Positions 40,781 through 54,750 of a stretch of DNA of 64,000 bases are shown here, one piece after another. Where the stretch lies: assembly GCF_006345805.1 (NCBI RefSeq), contig NC_043012.1:49042001-49106000 (forward strand). The letters are read 5' to 3'. Below the pieces are notes generated by a model, which worked only from the letters and a program-made list of their open reading frames with translations, ran no database searches and had not been told where the DNA came from. Numbering within the stretch: position 1 is the stretch's first letter; each line of letters starts with the position of its first letter. Made by a program: the position numbers and the translations under genes. This DNA comes from Octopus sinensis. Lineage: Eukaryota.

Positions 40781-40829
40781 TTTATAAATAATAACAATAA
40801 TAATGATAATAATAAATAAGAATACACAC

Positions 40830-41997
40830 ACAGAGAAGGGGTGTGGGCTAAATGTAACGATGTTTGTGTGTTTTGTTGTTCAGTAACAACTTCATGTATT
40901 GGTGAAGCCAACGACTTGGGAGAGCATAAAAACTAAAGCTGAAGTTGAGAAATAACTAGATGACATCACAGAATTGAAGCCATCTGAATGTTGGGAAAAG
41001 AGTTCCCTCTCTAACGTGATGATTCAGACGGAGTATGAAAATGTCGATATCACGACTGCTGCTAAAATTCGACATCATGACTGTAAAGGCTGTGAGACGT
41101 GGCACGGATAGTTGCAACGGAGACTAAGAAGCCATGACCAGCGGGAGAGGACATAACAGGCATTTTGACTGCGTTCGCATGCTGCAATTTATGCAACAAC
41201 TGCAAGACAAGGTGATGGAAAATACGAGCAAGGGTTGTGTGTTGAAGTAGCCACCATAAAACTGGCTCTGAATGAGGACCATTCGTATAAGAGGAGTAAA
41301 GAGGACCATTTATCGAATGAACAATCTGAGGCATCCTGTTTAGCTGGGGAGGATCTCGTTCTTTTTAGATGAGAACTGCTGCCATAACATCTTACAAAGA
41401 ACTAAGAAGAACAGTTTGTTTGTATGCAATCCCTGAGATTGATGTGATGTCCCACGTATCTTGAAAATTAAGTTCCTTCTCCTAAACTGTGATGGGGTTT
41501 GGGTGTATCTCAAGTGAGAGTGAGGTCATGCCGCCCTACATATTTGAATAAGGTCTTTGGCGCAATAAGGACGGCTTTGTGAAGCCGCTGGAGAACTGGT
41601 CAAACTTGGCTTGAGGTTGCTACTCTTGGAAGGCCATATGTTGGCGACAAGATTCAGTTCCAGAAAAAGTCAGAAGTGGTTGTCGGGGAATTCCTATAGC
41701 TTCACCAGCCCAATTTCTGGGTCACATAATCCTTTCGATTGTAATTCCATCGATTAATGTTTACGGTTTAGAAAGATATTTGCTCTGCCTGCAACACCAA
41801 GGCTGAGCTGGCGGCTAAGATCAAGGAGTTGTTCGAAGAATTTCCCAGGGACACAGTGGGAAAAGAAGGTCTTGAGGCTCTGGTGGAAGCTGAGGCTGGG
41901 AACTTTCAGTAAACTGTTATCTCCCATCAATAATCTTGTTGATATTTTTGATCTTTTAGAATATAACGCAAATTGTCAAATTTAGCTGAACATAGTA
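40830..41997 (+). mobile_element. Tc1/mariner transposon remnant (maT/DD37D-like), pseudogenised
   Basis: VMGFGCISSESEVMPPYIFE*GL...GRPYV...QDSVP...SQKWLSGNS...NFW...DCNSID...NTKAELAAKIKELFEEFPRDTV...LEALVEAE; degenerate TIRs share gctaaat. Confidence 0.85.
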
Positions 41998-42530
41998 TAT
42001 ATATATATATGTGAAGTGAAAAAATGTATTGCAAATAAACAAACTACAGGTAAAAATGTATATCGTATACTGAATGTACAACTGGACGGGAGACCGACAC
42101 AGAAGGTCCCTAATTCTTCGTTAGTTATCAACCAGCTGGTATTATTCAGTTTCGCACCATTAATGTTAAGACAGAACTTCCCATGCTGATGATGTCCGCG
42201 AAAGTTGCGGAGAATATTGGGCCGAGGGCAAACAAAACAGTACAGTGTGGACATACGGAAGTGAATAAATGTAATTTAAGACGATGGATAAAAACGAAAT
42301 AAATGAGAAACGAGCAAAATATAGCCTTAGGGCCAAAATGACAAGAATGGTGGGTAATGCCGAGAAGGCATCCTAAAGGATTAGGAAACAACAAATAGCA
42401 AGATATGCGCCAGTGGGACAAAGAGAATTTAGGACCGGTCATCTATGCGACCGGTGTGAAAAGGGAAGAGAAAGAAAGGCTGGTCACGGGTCTCGTGTCA
42501 GCAGAAGGAAGAATAGAAAGAGGGCAACAT

Positions 42531-42561
<31 letters not shown>

Positions 42562-42838
42562 CGTGACAGAGAGAAAACAAGGGAAGGGATGAAGGGGGAA
42601 AAGGAGAAAGGAGATAAGCTAGAAATAGAAATAAGAAGGCGAGAGAGAAATAAGAAAAGGAGAAAAAAGAAAAGGAGAAAGAGTGAAGGCTAGAAATGGA
42701 GTCCCACGGATATATATATAACTCACTACTGTTAATAAAAGCCGGGATGCGTTGCTTTCCATTATTTAATAAATGAAAAAAAATTATGGTAAATAATGAC
42801 AGGTAACAAACATAACGTATACTGAGTGTTCAACCAGA

Positions 42839-42873
<35 letters not shown>

Positions 42874-43544
42874 CTAGTCTTTCTCATTCGCAAAATGACC
42901 CCCCCCCCCTTAATTTTACTCAGATTGCTTTCAATTTTGGTGTATCGATGCAACTCTAAATTTTGATTACAATCAACCAATTATTTTATCTCGTAAATTA
43001 AAGAATCTGATGTTATTTGCAATTAAAGATGGGAAATTTGGGTAATTTTGGCCAATCAACAAACAGCGTGGCATTAGCAGTTTGTTACTATGACAACCGC
43101 ACACTGTGTGGTGGTTCACTGTTGTCTGTGCCACTGCTGTGTATGTTGATTTTTCACGTTTAGTGAAAAATCAACATATTTTTCATTTCATATATTTTTG
43201 GGACTCATTGACTCAGAGAGCTGGATTTATGATTTCACTAGGTTAATACTATTCATAAAAATTTTAATTAAGAGTATTTCTTAAACCGTTAGCTTCACAT
43301 TTCAACAGCCTAACTGAAATTTAGCACACGTAACAGGAACTGAGAGGGATATCATGGAACAGAGAAACTGGGGTGATACAGATAATTTGACATTATTTTT
43401 GAATTCTGCATGAAAAATCATATGATACAAGCATTCATTTCCTTGAGACAAATTCTTTGTTGACCAGTGTTATTCTTATCGTAGTTTACAAATCCATACA
43501 TGAAAACATTACTCAAATTTGGAGATGTGGAGACAGACGCACCT

Positions 43545-43611
<67 letters not shown>

Positions 43612-43879
43612 GCACGACCTTAATGTTGACACCGCTCCGTTACGCTAAATGCAGAAAATTTCTGTCTTGCCATTGACTGAAAATAGTCAGTTTTTTCGAT
43701 TTTTAAACCTCTGTAACATTTTTCTCCAATTTTATTCTCCACAACATCATATCTTCAAAGTAATGAAACTGGAAGGCTACATTATTATAGCCGATTTTCA
43801 GATTTCTTACTTCCTTTAAAAAGATGCATATTTTCCGAATGAAAAGTACTAAGTCCTGTGTAAGTGTGTGCCACCGCTG

Positions 43880-44140
43880 CGCAAAAAGCTCTTTTGCCGA
43901 CGTGCCAGTTCCACGTGAAACGTTCCTACCTGGTGCTACGTCAAGGGTACCGAGCCCATTCTGGAAATTGATTGACGTTGGGAAGGATATCCGGACGTAG
44001 AAACCATGCCAAAGCAGACAACAGGCAACTGGGTAGCTCACTGGGTGGCCAGCTCTTCTCAAACCGTCTTATTCGTGCCACCATGGAAAAGACATGTTAA
44101 TTGATGATGAAGCTGATGATGATGAGGATGATGATGATGG
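43880..44140 (+). mobile_element. RTE-type LINE/SINE 3' end with (GAT)n tail
   Basis: gacgttgggaaggatatccggacgtagaaaccatgcc...catggaaaagacatgttaattgatgatg. Confidence 0.6.
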
Positions 44141-44145
44141 TGATG

Positions 44146-44198
<53 letters not shown>

Positions 44199-44312
44199 CG
44201 TATGTATAAATATTCCTTCTCATAAGGGCCGGTTTCCCGGTTTCAGTGGAGTAGAAGTTCCCCACCAGGATGGAACGCCGGTCCGTAGCAGGATTACTAA
44301 TTTTTGCCATCT

Positions 44313-44748
<436 letters not shown>

Positions 44749-45288
44749 ATATATATATATATATATATATACAATTTTTTAAGAAGTTGAAAGGTATGTG
44801 AGAAATGGAAGACAGGCTAAGTTATGAAAAACTAGATCTTTATTAATGAATCTCATTGAAAAAAAAAAAAAAAAGAAAGAAACCGTGTAGTTTACCTCAC
44901 TTCCATATTTTACAGTCTATTTAATGGAGCTGGGAGGTGAAGAGGTGAAATATTACGGTTGAAATGTGAATTGCAATCTTAAATCCGGTCATTATTTTGT
45001 CTTTTTTCTTACGCTACTGAATAATCTACAGACATTCATATGGTATCTTTTAGTGTATCTAGAGGAATATCGGTAAGTATAAGTGATCATAGGTGTGTGC
45101 TAGAGTGTGCATTTAAGTGTGTACTTGTGCCTCAATTATCCTGATTTTATTAACGTATCTTGTGAATGCTTCTAGCATTTACGTATGTGCGTATGCGTGT
45201 GTATGTGTACGGGGAGAACAAATTCCTTTTTTATTATATGTGTGAACACACTCCTCTTCCATATGTGTGTGTGCGTATATATGTATAT

Positions 45289-45335
<47 letters not shown>

Positions 45336-45879
45336 TGTGTGTGTGTGTGTGTGTGTGTGTCTGTATGCATGTACGTATGTATATGCATGTATGTACGCAT
45401 GTGTGTGTGTATATATATATATATATTATATATATATATTATATATTATGTATGTGTATGTATTTTTGTATGTATGTACGTACACACACACACATATATG
45501 TATGTATGTATGTATGTATGTATATATTGGTGTGTGCTTAAAATTTTCTGTTGTATGCAATTTTATGTGTGCTTATATACAAGCTAACACAAGCGTATAT
45601 GTTTATGCGTGTATATAAACATTGGTTAAATTGATTAGGGTTTCTGATGAACGCCCATTCTACTTCCGGTTGGTTTCATTTTATTAATTCAGAAAGAAAG
45701 AAAGATAAAGGCTGCTGTAGAAGATGATGGGCGTTTAGGATGGTGATGCTGATCACGTTGATGATGGTGATGATATGACACGAACACAAGGCATTCGAAC
45801 CATGAGAGGCTAGTGACCACGCTGGGACTCCTCTCCTTAGCTCAATAACGAAGGTTCGCGGTGGCGGTGGTGGTGGTGT

Positions 45880-46040
45880 ATATAGAGTGGTGTTAGTAGT
45901 AAAGATGGTGTTTGTGTGTGGGAGGTTGTGTTAGGAGTGGTGTGGTGCATGAGTTGATACTGAAGGCGGTGCTGCTGATTGTTGATAGTGGTGCAGGGGT
46001 TAATACTAGAGGTATTGATGATGATGATGATGATGATGAC

Positions 46041-46073
<33 letters not shown>

Positions 46074-46410
46074 GGTGGTGGTGGTGGTGGTGAAGCTGAC
46101 GATGATGATGGCGATGATTGTGACAATGATGATGACGGTGATAATGTTGCCGATGGTGATGATGATGATGATGATGATAACTATGATGATGACGACGATG
46201 ATGATGGTGATAATGATGCCGATGTTGCTGATGGTGATGATGATGATGCCGACGATGACGACGACGACGACGATGATGAGGCTGATAATGATGCCGATAA
46301 TGCTGATTGATGGTGATGATGATAAAGTCCACGACGACGGTGACAACGATGATGATGTTGATAGTGGTGGTAGTGGTAGCGGCGGCGGCGGCGGCGGCAG
46401 TGGTAGTCTC
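45880..46410. repeat. (GAT)n/(GGT)n low-complexity tract
   Basis: Trinucleotide repeats. Confidence 0.9.
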
Positions 46411-46975
46411 GAGATGGTGAGGTCGATGTTGATAGGCGAGAACACAGTTCTTAATGTTCAGAGAACATCACATCTCTGAAACAGCAGCAACGGTTGGACG
46501 AACGAATGTGTTCTGTTTTCAGATGTATTCAGTTTCGTTCCTCTCCGACTTCAGTTCGACCCCAACCCTAATCCACTTTGCCTTTTTTATCTCATCCCTC
46601 CTGAGTTAATAAAATTAGTACCAGTCACATGGTCGACCAAATATTTATCTCCTCTTCAAATGTTTGGCTTGGTGCCAGAGTAGGAGATCGTAATTTAGGG
46701 ATCTCATAAAGTCTTTATCTCACGAAGAGGTCGGTAAAAAAACGGAATTAATAAGTATCGTATGATTAGAACAGGAAATAAATAAACTGTGCCAATATTA
46801 AGCAAAGGAGCTATAAAAATGTTCGTTGACCCTTAAACTTCACTTCCGGTTCGCGAACAATGAAGGTGATATTTTCTCTTCAAATATGACTGACTGTACG
46901 TAACGTTTAAACTGATTACTTAGTCTCAACACACACACACGCATACACACACAGACACACGCAAAATCTAATCAG

Positions 46976-47199
46976 TCTTTTACTTGTTTCAGTCATTTGA
47001 CTGCGGCCATGCAGGAGCACTACCTTGACCTATTTTAGTCGAAAAAATCGACCTCACGACTTATTTTTAAAGCTTTGTACTTATTCCATCGGTCTCTTTT
47101 TGCCGAACTTCTAGGCTACGTAAACGCACCAACGCCGATTGTCAAGCGGTGATTGGTGGGGTGGGGGACAAACACAGACACAGACACACACATAGGTAT

Positions 47200-47230
<31 letters not shown>

Positions 47231-47253
47231 TATACAGACACACACACATATAT

Positions 47254-47323
<70 letters not shown>

Positions 47324-47455
47324 ACACAACAGGCTTCTTTCAGTTTCTGTCTATCAAATCCACTTAAAAGGATTTGGTTGACTCGAGGCTACAATAGAAG
47401 ACAAGAACCATGTAGTTGGAAGAAAGCTTTTTAACCCTAAGCCACGCCTTGCCCC
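46976..47455 (-). mobile_element. SINE family 1
   Basis: Reverse match. Confidence 0.85.
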
Positions 47456-47479
47456 TATTCACACAACAACGTCACGTTT

Positions 47480-47750
47480 TCTTTTTGCCCCCTATAGACC
47501 CCTTTGATTCATGTTTTACTCAGATGGACCCTCTTAGTTGGTCGATGATTAAAAAAATCATACATTTTCATAATTAGATGTTATTTAGAATTGTATTAAA
47601 AGATTGCTAAATAATTTGTGAATTCTTGAAGTATAGCAATTGTTTTGACTCGTTTCAGTCATTAAACTGCGGCCATGCTGGGGCAAATTTTGACAACGAA
47701 ATCTCACATGGACTCCAGAGGGTCAAATATCCCCCGGCTGAGAACCACTG
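47480..47750. mobile_element. hAT-Charlie-like MITE remnant (right TIR only)
   Basis: Ends gctgagaaccactg followed by atctaact; internal atagacccctttgattc. Confidence 0.5.
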
Positions 47751-48028
47751 ATCTAACTGGTCAATTAATCACATCTACACCATATCGTATTCTTTCCTTT
47801 TAAAAAGGAGATAATAATATCCTGATTGTTCATTGCCCCCCCCCCCAAAGACGTGATGGTTACTGGTGGAAAATGTTTGATTATGGAGCAGCTCAATGAA
47901 TGGTCTGCATGAGTTTACAGGGCTACAACTGCAATTTAAAATAATGACAATTATAAAAAAACAAAAACAATAAAATCAACAAGAATAGATAGGACACAAA
48001 AGCACTGATCAAAGTTGTAAGTTATAAA

Positions 48029-48404
48029 CTCTTTACTCTTTTACTTGTTTCAGTCATTTGACTGTGGCCATGCTGGAGCACTGCTTTTAGTTGAGTAAAT
48101 CGACCCCGGTACTTATTCTATCGGTCTCTCTTGCCGAACCGCTAAGTTACGGGGACGTAAACACACCAGCATCGGTTGTCAAGCGATGCTGGGGGGGACA
48201 CAAACAAAGACAAACACATACAATATATATATACATATATACGACGGGCTTCTTTCAGTTTCCGTTCACCAAATCCACTCACAAGGCTTTGGTCGGGCCG
48301 AGGCTATAGTAGAAGACACTTGCCCAAGGTGCCACGCAGTGGGACTGAACTCGGAACCATGTGGTTCGTAAGCAAGCTACTTACCCCACAGCCGCTCCTA
48401 CGCC
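48029..48404 (-). mobile_element. SINE family 1
   Basis: Full-length reverse match. Confidence 0.92.
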
Positions 48405-48659
48405 TATATGATTGCTTCACAATATAATTGCTAGAGTTTTTCTGCTTACAGGTTTCGAAATATGAGGAACTGCGGTATTCATACGTTTCCATAAAGAATA
48501 TATATAAGTGATTCTTAAAATTCCCCAAATCACTCTTTTCGTAATTCATATTGTCGGGTTTACTAACATATTCTGAATGGAATTTCATTGACAGAAACTG
48601 GACAGAAAATCATGGTACGTTTATTATCTCCCCTTCTTCCTAGCTCTCCTGTGTGACCC

Positions 48660-49060
48660 TTCTGTCCGCTATTCGCCATGATAGATCGCTAGCGACTGCA
48701 CGTTCTTTATTTTCTCTCCTTGTTTCTTTCTGTGTTCCTTTCTGTGGAAGAGCGTAGACTCGAAACGTTAAAGACTTTTCCACTTCCCGAGAATTAAACT
48801 AATACATCTGTTTCTTCTCTACACCACCTGTCTTCGTCTTTTGCTTACATATAAGAGAACAAAGTGTACGTAGGGGCTGGCCACATTGGAGCAATCTCAA
48901 GATTAATCAGCCGAAATTACGAGGATGATTTGGTTCTTGACTGAAAGCTTCGAACGACCTGTCCTTGTTTTCTTTGTATCGTCTATTTAGATGTTTTGTT
49001 GTCCCTTTTTGTATCACTTAGTTGTCCGGATGTTTTGCGTTCTTGTCCCATTTTGTATTT
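48660..49060 (+). mobile_element. PLE family A end followed by PLE family C end
   Basis: ctgtggaagagcgtagactcgaaacgttaaagac then ggagcaatctcaagattaatcagccgaaatt. Confidence 0.7.
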
Positions 49061-49529
49061 TATATACATATACGTGTGTGTGTGTCCCATTACATTTCAA
49101 TGTGTGTGTGCTCACGCGCGCGCGTGTGACTGTATGTGTGTATATTTTTATGTGTGACTGTGTGCTGTGTGTGTTGTTTCACTTTGCCCGGTTACTTATT
49201 GGTCTGAGTGGCATTATACATATGAGTAATAAAAAAAGAACCACTCTGAAATAAGTGCTGCGGTCGATAAGACCGACAGAATCTCTTAAAGGCGGTGTCC
49301 CATAATGGCTAAACAATGATTGATACCTATAAAAGAATCAAAGAACATTGCTTCACATTCCTTCCATACACAGTAATGCGAATATTTTATATTCCGGATT
49401 CTAGAAAAGGGTCTTTGCTCAAATGGCTTAGTAAATGGGGATGTGTTGATGCAATTTTACGTATTTTACAGCTAATGTTTTATTTCGAAAGTAAAATTCA
49501 ATATTTCTACTAATGTGCAAGGATTCGGG

Positions 49530-49580
<51 letters not shown>

Positions 49581-49807
49581 AGAGAATAAAAGAGAGAGGG
49601 ATGTAAAATAAAATTGTTATTCATGTGATTCCAAAGAGTATTAGCTATGTAAATAGTTTGATTTTGATTTATATGGATATCGAAACCGTATCGTGGACGT
49701 TCATTTATGACTTTCCGTTCATGTATTTTATTCAGCCAAGACTGATTTCTATTATGTACACTGTTTACATTAGTTCAGCTGGTGTACTCATCTTGGTGGT
49801 TGCCTTC

Positions 49808-49847
49808 ACTACGTTTCGGCTGTTGTACGTTCCAGCCTTCTTCAGGT
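49808..49847 (-). ncRNA. Minimal hammerhead-like motif
   Basis: Reverse complement: ac CTGAAGA a ggctg gaacgtacaa cagcc GAAACGT A gt; stem I reduced to 2 bp. Confidence 0.5.
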
Positions 49848-50274
49848 CTCTTGAGATAAATCTTTGTGCCCTGCTTCAAATTGAACTCAGAGCCTCTAGA
49901 TGACCGCACTTCATTAACCAACGTCTGTATCTACTAATCCTCTAAATATAAATTCTTCCTCTCAGAAATATAGAATTGCATTACTTATTTCTATGTAAAC
50001 CAGTACACATTTGCCTGGAAAGGTATTTAGTAGAAACATTGCGAAGTGAAATTGAAACTTCCATACAAACTTGCTCATTCAACACTTATCTATAAACTAA
50101 GATATTTACTGATTCAGTATTAATTTCAATAACGCGTGTAAAGATTGTTCGTAAGTCTTATTATAACAAGACAAAGAAAAAAAGAGAAGAGAAAAACAAG
50201 CAAAAGAATAAAAAATGCTGTATAGTGCAGCAGGGCAGATTGAGAACGTACCAGAAGGTAGTAACCTTTAAGGA

Positions 50275-50333
<59 letters not shown>

Positions 50334-51392
50334 TTTGTGTGTGTGTGTGTGTGTGTGCTTGTGACAGTAAAAATGGTATAAAAAATAAAGAAATGAATAA
50401 AGAACTAAAGAATATTTGGAAAAGATTGTATCAATAGATTTGGAGAGAGGGTGGCAGATATTAAAAGAAAATACTAGAAAATAAATTGTAGAGAATTTGG
50501 ACGAGTAAATTATTTAGCAGATGCGGTGGAGCGTTTTGTGTGAAAGCAAAACAATTTTGAGAAAGACGATTACTGTTCTGGAATTATCCAAACTGAATGA
50601 ACTACCCCATTTTGAATTGGGGCCAACGAAATTTCCCTAGTCAGGTCTGTTCAAGTATATTCATTGGTGATTCATATTATACGAAGAAGAAAAATGACAA
50701 GAACAATAATTAAAAAAAAAAAAGAAAAAAGAAAAAATGTGTTGTTGATGTAGGTCATCATTCTTCTATTATATTTTCCCTTTTGCAATGCCAAATTCCT
50801 GTCTTAGAGATTCATAGAGAGTAAAAGAGAGGAAAAACATGCATAATATTCCACCCAAAGACATTTTGGCGCCATCGTTAGTACAGAAATGGTCATATCA
50901 TAGTTTCTGGTACTGTCAGCGTTTGAATTTGTTGTTGTGATGTAGTTGTTGTTATTATAGTTGTTGTTGTTGTTGATGGTGGTGTTTATGTTGTTGCTGT
51001 TGAGAATTCTTGTTATTGTTGTTGTAATTGTTGTTATTGTTGCTAGCAGAATAAAACTAAGCTGAAACTGAAAACTGTAAATTCAGCAACAACATGGAGC
51101 TTCCTAGAATGATAGAGCAGTGACCTTTTAAAAAGGTCACGAACGAAGATGGATTTGTTTTCTTTTCTTTTAAAAAAAGAAGACAACTAGAAAAAGTATA
51201 TATATATATTAAAAAAAAAACAGAAATAGATGCAAAATTGTCCCTGAATTTAGAAGTACACAAGGTGTGTTCTGAAGGTTGTACATAGCTTAGCTGTAGG
51301 AGTTTTATTACACACACTTGAACACACACAGATAGACCAACACAGCCACATATTTTCCTAAAAATATATATATACGTACATACATACATACA

Positions 51393-51423
<31 letters not shown>

Positions 51424-51531
51424 GTATACACACATACACACAGATAAGCACACATATACATATATAATGTACATACATCTATCTATCTTTGTCCCGTCTG
51501 TGTGCAGCCCTATGTGGCTAATAAAGAAACA

Positions 51532-51624
<93 letters not shown>

Positions 51625-51701
51625 GTCTCTCTATCTGTCTCCCTGTCTCCCTGTCTGTCTGTCTGCCTTAATATATGTATGTGTGTGATATGTGTGTGGG
51701 T

Positions 51702-52015
51702 GTGTAGCTATGTGGTAAGAAGTATGCTTCCCAACGACATGGTTCCGGGTTCAGTCCCACTGCGTGGCACCTTGTCTTTTGCGTGGATTTTGGTGGGCGG
51801 AAGCTGAAAGATGCTCGTCGAATATATATACATATATGTATATGCTTGTGCGTCTGTGTTTACGTCCCCTTGACATGGAGTTTCGACAAAAGGGGCCAGT
51901 GGAAAAAGTACTAGGCTTACTAAGAATAAGTCCCGGGGCCAATTTTTCGACTATAAACGGTACTCCAGCAAGGCCGCTGTCAAATGACTGAAGCAAATAA
52001 CAGAAAAATAAAAGA
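51702..52015 (+). mobile_element. SINE family 1
   Basis: Diverged match. Confidence 0.8.
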
Positions 52016-52084
52016 ATGTGTGTGGTGTTATATATATATATATTATATATATATATATATAATATATATATATATATATTTATA

Positions 52085-52274
52085 TTCTTTTATTCTTTCA
52101 CTTGTTTCAGTCATTTGACTGCGGCCTTGCTGGAGTACCGTCTTTAGTCGAACAAATCGGCTCCGGGACTTAATCTATCGGTCTCTTTTGCTGAATCGCT
52201 AAGTTATGGGGACGTAAACACACCAACATTGGTTGTCACGCAATGATGGGGAGGGGACAAACACAGGCACCCAA

Positions 52275-52305
<31 letters not shown>

Positions 52306-52462
52306 CAATGGGCTTCTTTCAGTTTCCGTCTACCAAATCGACTCACAAGGCTTTGGTCGGCCCGAGGCTATTGTAGAATATATTTGCCCAAGGTGCCACA
52401 AAGTCGGACTGAATACAGAACTATGTGGTTGGTAAGCAAGCTACCTACCATACAGCCACTTA
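52085..52462 (-). mobile_element. SINE family 1
   Basis: Reverse match, tail-to-tail with 51702. Confidence 0.88.
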
Positions 52463-52868
52463 TGTGCAATATTTTTAGACTAATGAGTATATGTCGATTA
52501 GTGAGTTAAAGTGTTGAGTAAAGCACTGGCATAGTATATATGTAAAAGGATATAGCATTTTGCGAGTGGAATGAGTTTTTCATCACCAGCCAGTGATTAA
52601 CACACCCTGAAGACGGGTAACCACTCAGAAACTCGGGTGTGTGTGTATCATGTAAGGCTAGAGATGGCAGTGATGACATCACTCGCAAATACTAATCGGA
52701 CACAGACTCTCTGCCGTTGGCCAGCTGAAGAAGATGTCTTCCTGGGGCTAAAAACAACAGTAATACCGTCCTCTATAGGGCCGCCACATTTAGTTGGCAA
52801 ATATATATACATACATACATATATATATATATTATATATATATATTATATATATATATATATATATAT

Positions 52869-53048
52869 GCACAGGAATGGCAGTGGTGAACAGCTTGATT
52901 ACCAACCACATGGCTCTGAGTTCAGTCCCACTGCGTGGTACCTTGGGCAAGTGTCTTCTACTATAGCTTTGGGCTGACCAAAGCCTTGTGAGTGGATTTG
53001 GTAGATGGAAACTGAAAGAAGCCTGTCGTATATATATATATATATACA

Positions 53049-53097
<49 letters not shown>

Positions 53098-53295
53098 GTG
53101 TCTGTGTTTTTTCCCGCTTGACAACCGATGTTAGCGTGTTTACGTCTCTGTAACATAGCGGTTCGGCAAAAGAGACCGATAGAATAATTTATATTCTTAC
53201 AAAGAATAAGTCCTGCGGTCGATTTGCTCGATTAAAAGTGGTGCTCCAGCATGGATGCCGTCAAATGACTACAACATCTAAAACAGCAAAACAGT
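52869..53295 (+). mobile_element. SINE family 1
   Basis: Full-length match. Confidence 0.9.
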
Positions 53296-53326
53296 AAATG
53301 AATATATCTTAATATGTAAAATTGAG

Positions 53327-53545
53327 AAGGCGGCGATCTCGCAGAAACGTTAGCACGCCAAGTGAAACCCTTAGCGGTATTTCATCTTTCTTTACGTTCT
53401 GAGTCCGAATTCTGCCGAGGTCGACTTTGCATTTCCTCCTTTCAGGGTTGATACATTAAGTACCAGTTGCGTACTGGATCAATCTAATCGACTGGCTACC
53501 TCCCCCAAAATTTCGGGCCTTGTTTCTCAAGCAGAAAAGAATATA
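53327..53545 (+). mobile_element. SINE family 2
   Basis: aaggcggcgatctcgcagaaacgttagcacgcc...tttcgggccttg. Confidence 0.9.
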
Positions 53546-54069
53546 TAAAACTGAGAATGTGTGTGCGTGTGCGTGTGTGTGTGTGTGTCTGTCTGAGTGA
53601 ATCCCTAAAACTCGAGAACTAAATTCATAGATGTAGATTCATAGAGTAGTGTAAGATTTAGATTCATAGAATCTTGCGGCTACACAGAAAGCGCATCTTA
53701 CAGAGTCCGTTGTCAGTCCTCATAGTAAACAATTACAAAGTAGAATATGGTGTAACCATGATGTTCTAGAGATCTGATGAGCTAACTTTCTTCATTAATT
53801 CGAGAATGCAGAACTGTTTGTATAATGCTGAGACATATTAATGCAAACATATACGCATAGTTTCTTCCATACTGAAATTAATGCAACGTGAAGAATGTTG
53901 CGAAACGGACGTAAGCCTATGGAAGTCTCATGGTTAAATAAATATGTATATACCTCTTATACTTCCTGACTTAAAGGGTTTATAATAATCCGCACGAAGT
54001 AATTTCATCGAACAGATCTAGAGTTTGATTTACATGGACAGCCTGCATTACTCTTCCATATAAAGGCGC

Positions 54070-54195
54070 ACACGTGGCTGTGTGGTAAGAAGCTTGATTC
54101 CGGGTTCAGTCCCGCTACGTGACATCTTGAACAAGTGTATTCTGCTATAGCCTCGGGTCGACCAAAGTCTTGTTAGTGTATTTGGTAGACAGAAA
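54070..54195 (-). mobile_element. SINE family 1 head/core fragment (orientation partly ambiguous)
   Basis: cacgtggctgtgtggtaagaagc...gctatagcctcgggtcgaccaaag. Confidence 0.5.
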
Positions 54196-54196
54196 T

Positions 54197-54435
54197 AAGG
54201 CGGCGAGCGGGCAGAAACGTTAGCTCGCCGGGCGAAATGCTTAAAGGTATTTCGTCTGCCATTACGTTCTGAGTTCAAATTCCGCCGAGGTCAACTTTGC
54301 CTTTCATCCTTTCGGGGTCAATAAATTAAGTACCAGTTGTGTACTAGGGTCGATGCCATCGCCTTAATCCCTTTGTCTGTCCTTGTTTGTCCCCTCTATG
54401 TTTAGTCCCTTGTGGGCAATAAAGAAATAAAGAAA
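54197..54435 (+). mobile_element. SINE family 2
   Basis: Near-consensus copy. Confidence 0.9.
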
Positions 54436-54499
54436 CAAGAAACTGTCATGTATGTGTATGAGTGTGTGTGTGCGTGTGTGTGTGTGTGTGCATGCGCGC

Positions 54500-54750
54500 T
54501 GTGTGTCTTTGTGTCTGTGTTTGTCTCGCCGCTACCGCTTGACAACCGATGCTAGGGTGTTTACGCGCCGATGATATAGCGTTCGGCAAAAGAGTTCAAT
54601 AGAATAAGTACAATGCAAAAAAGCCCCCCAAAAAAACAAAAGCAAAAAAACAATGTGTACTGCGATCGATTCATTCGATTTAAAAATTCTCCAAGGTGGT
54701 GCCCCAGCATGGCCGCAGTCTAATAACAGAAACAAGTAAAAGAAAAGATG
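54500..54750 (+). mobile_element. SINE family 1, 3' half
   Basis: cttgacaaccgatgctagg...cagcatggccgcagtctaataacagaaacaagtaaaag. Confidence 0.8.

Noticed and set aside
42180-42225. ctgatga followed by a tccgc/gcgga hairpin, as a possible hammerhead
   Set aside because: No correct GAAA/stem III/NUH or stem I after the hairpin
45837-46479. Asp-, His- and Ile-rich ORFs (also 31391-31969) resembling acidic matrix proteins
   Set aside because: Open in several frames on both strands; simple (GAT)/(GGT) expansions with no signal peptide or splice context
53740-53915. ctgatgag and a downstream gcaac/gttgc-gaaac, as a possible hammerhead
   Set aside because: The two half-cores are not joined by a shared stem II
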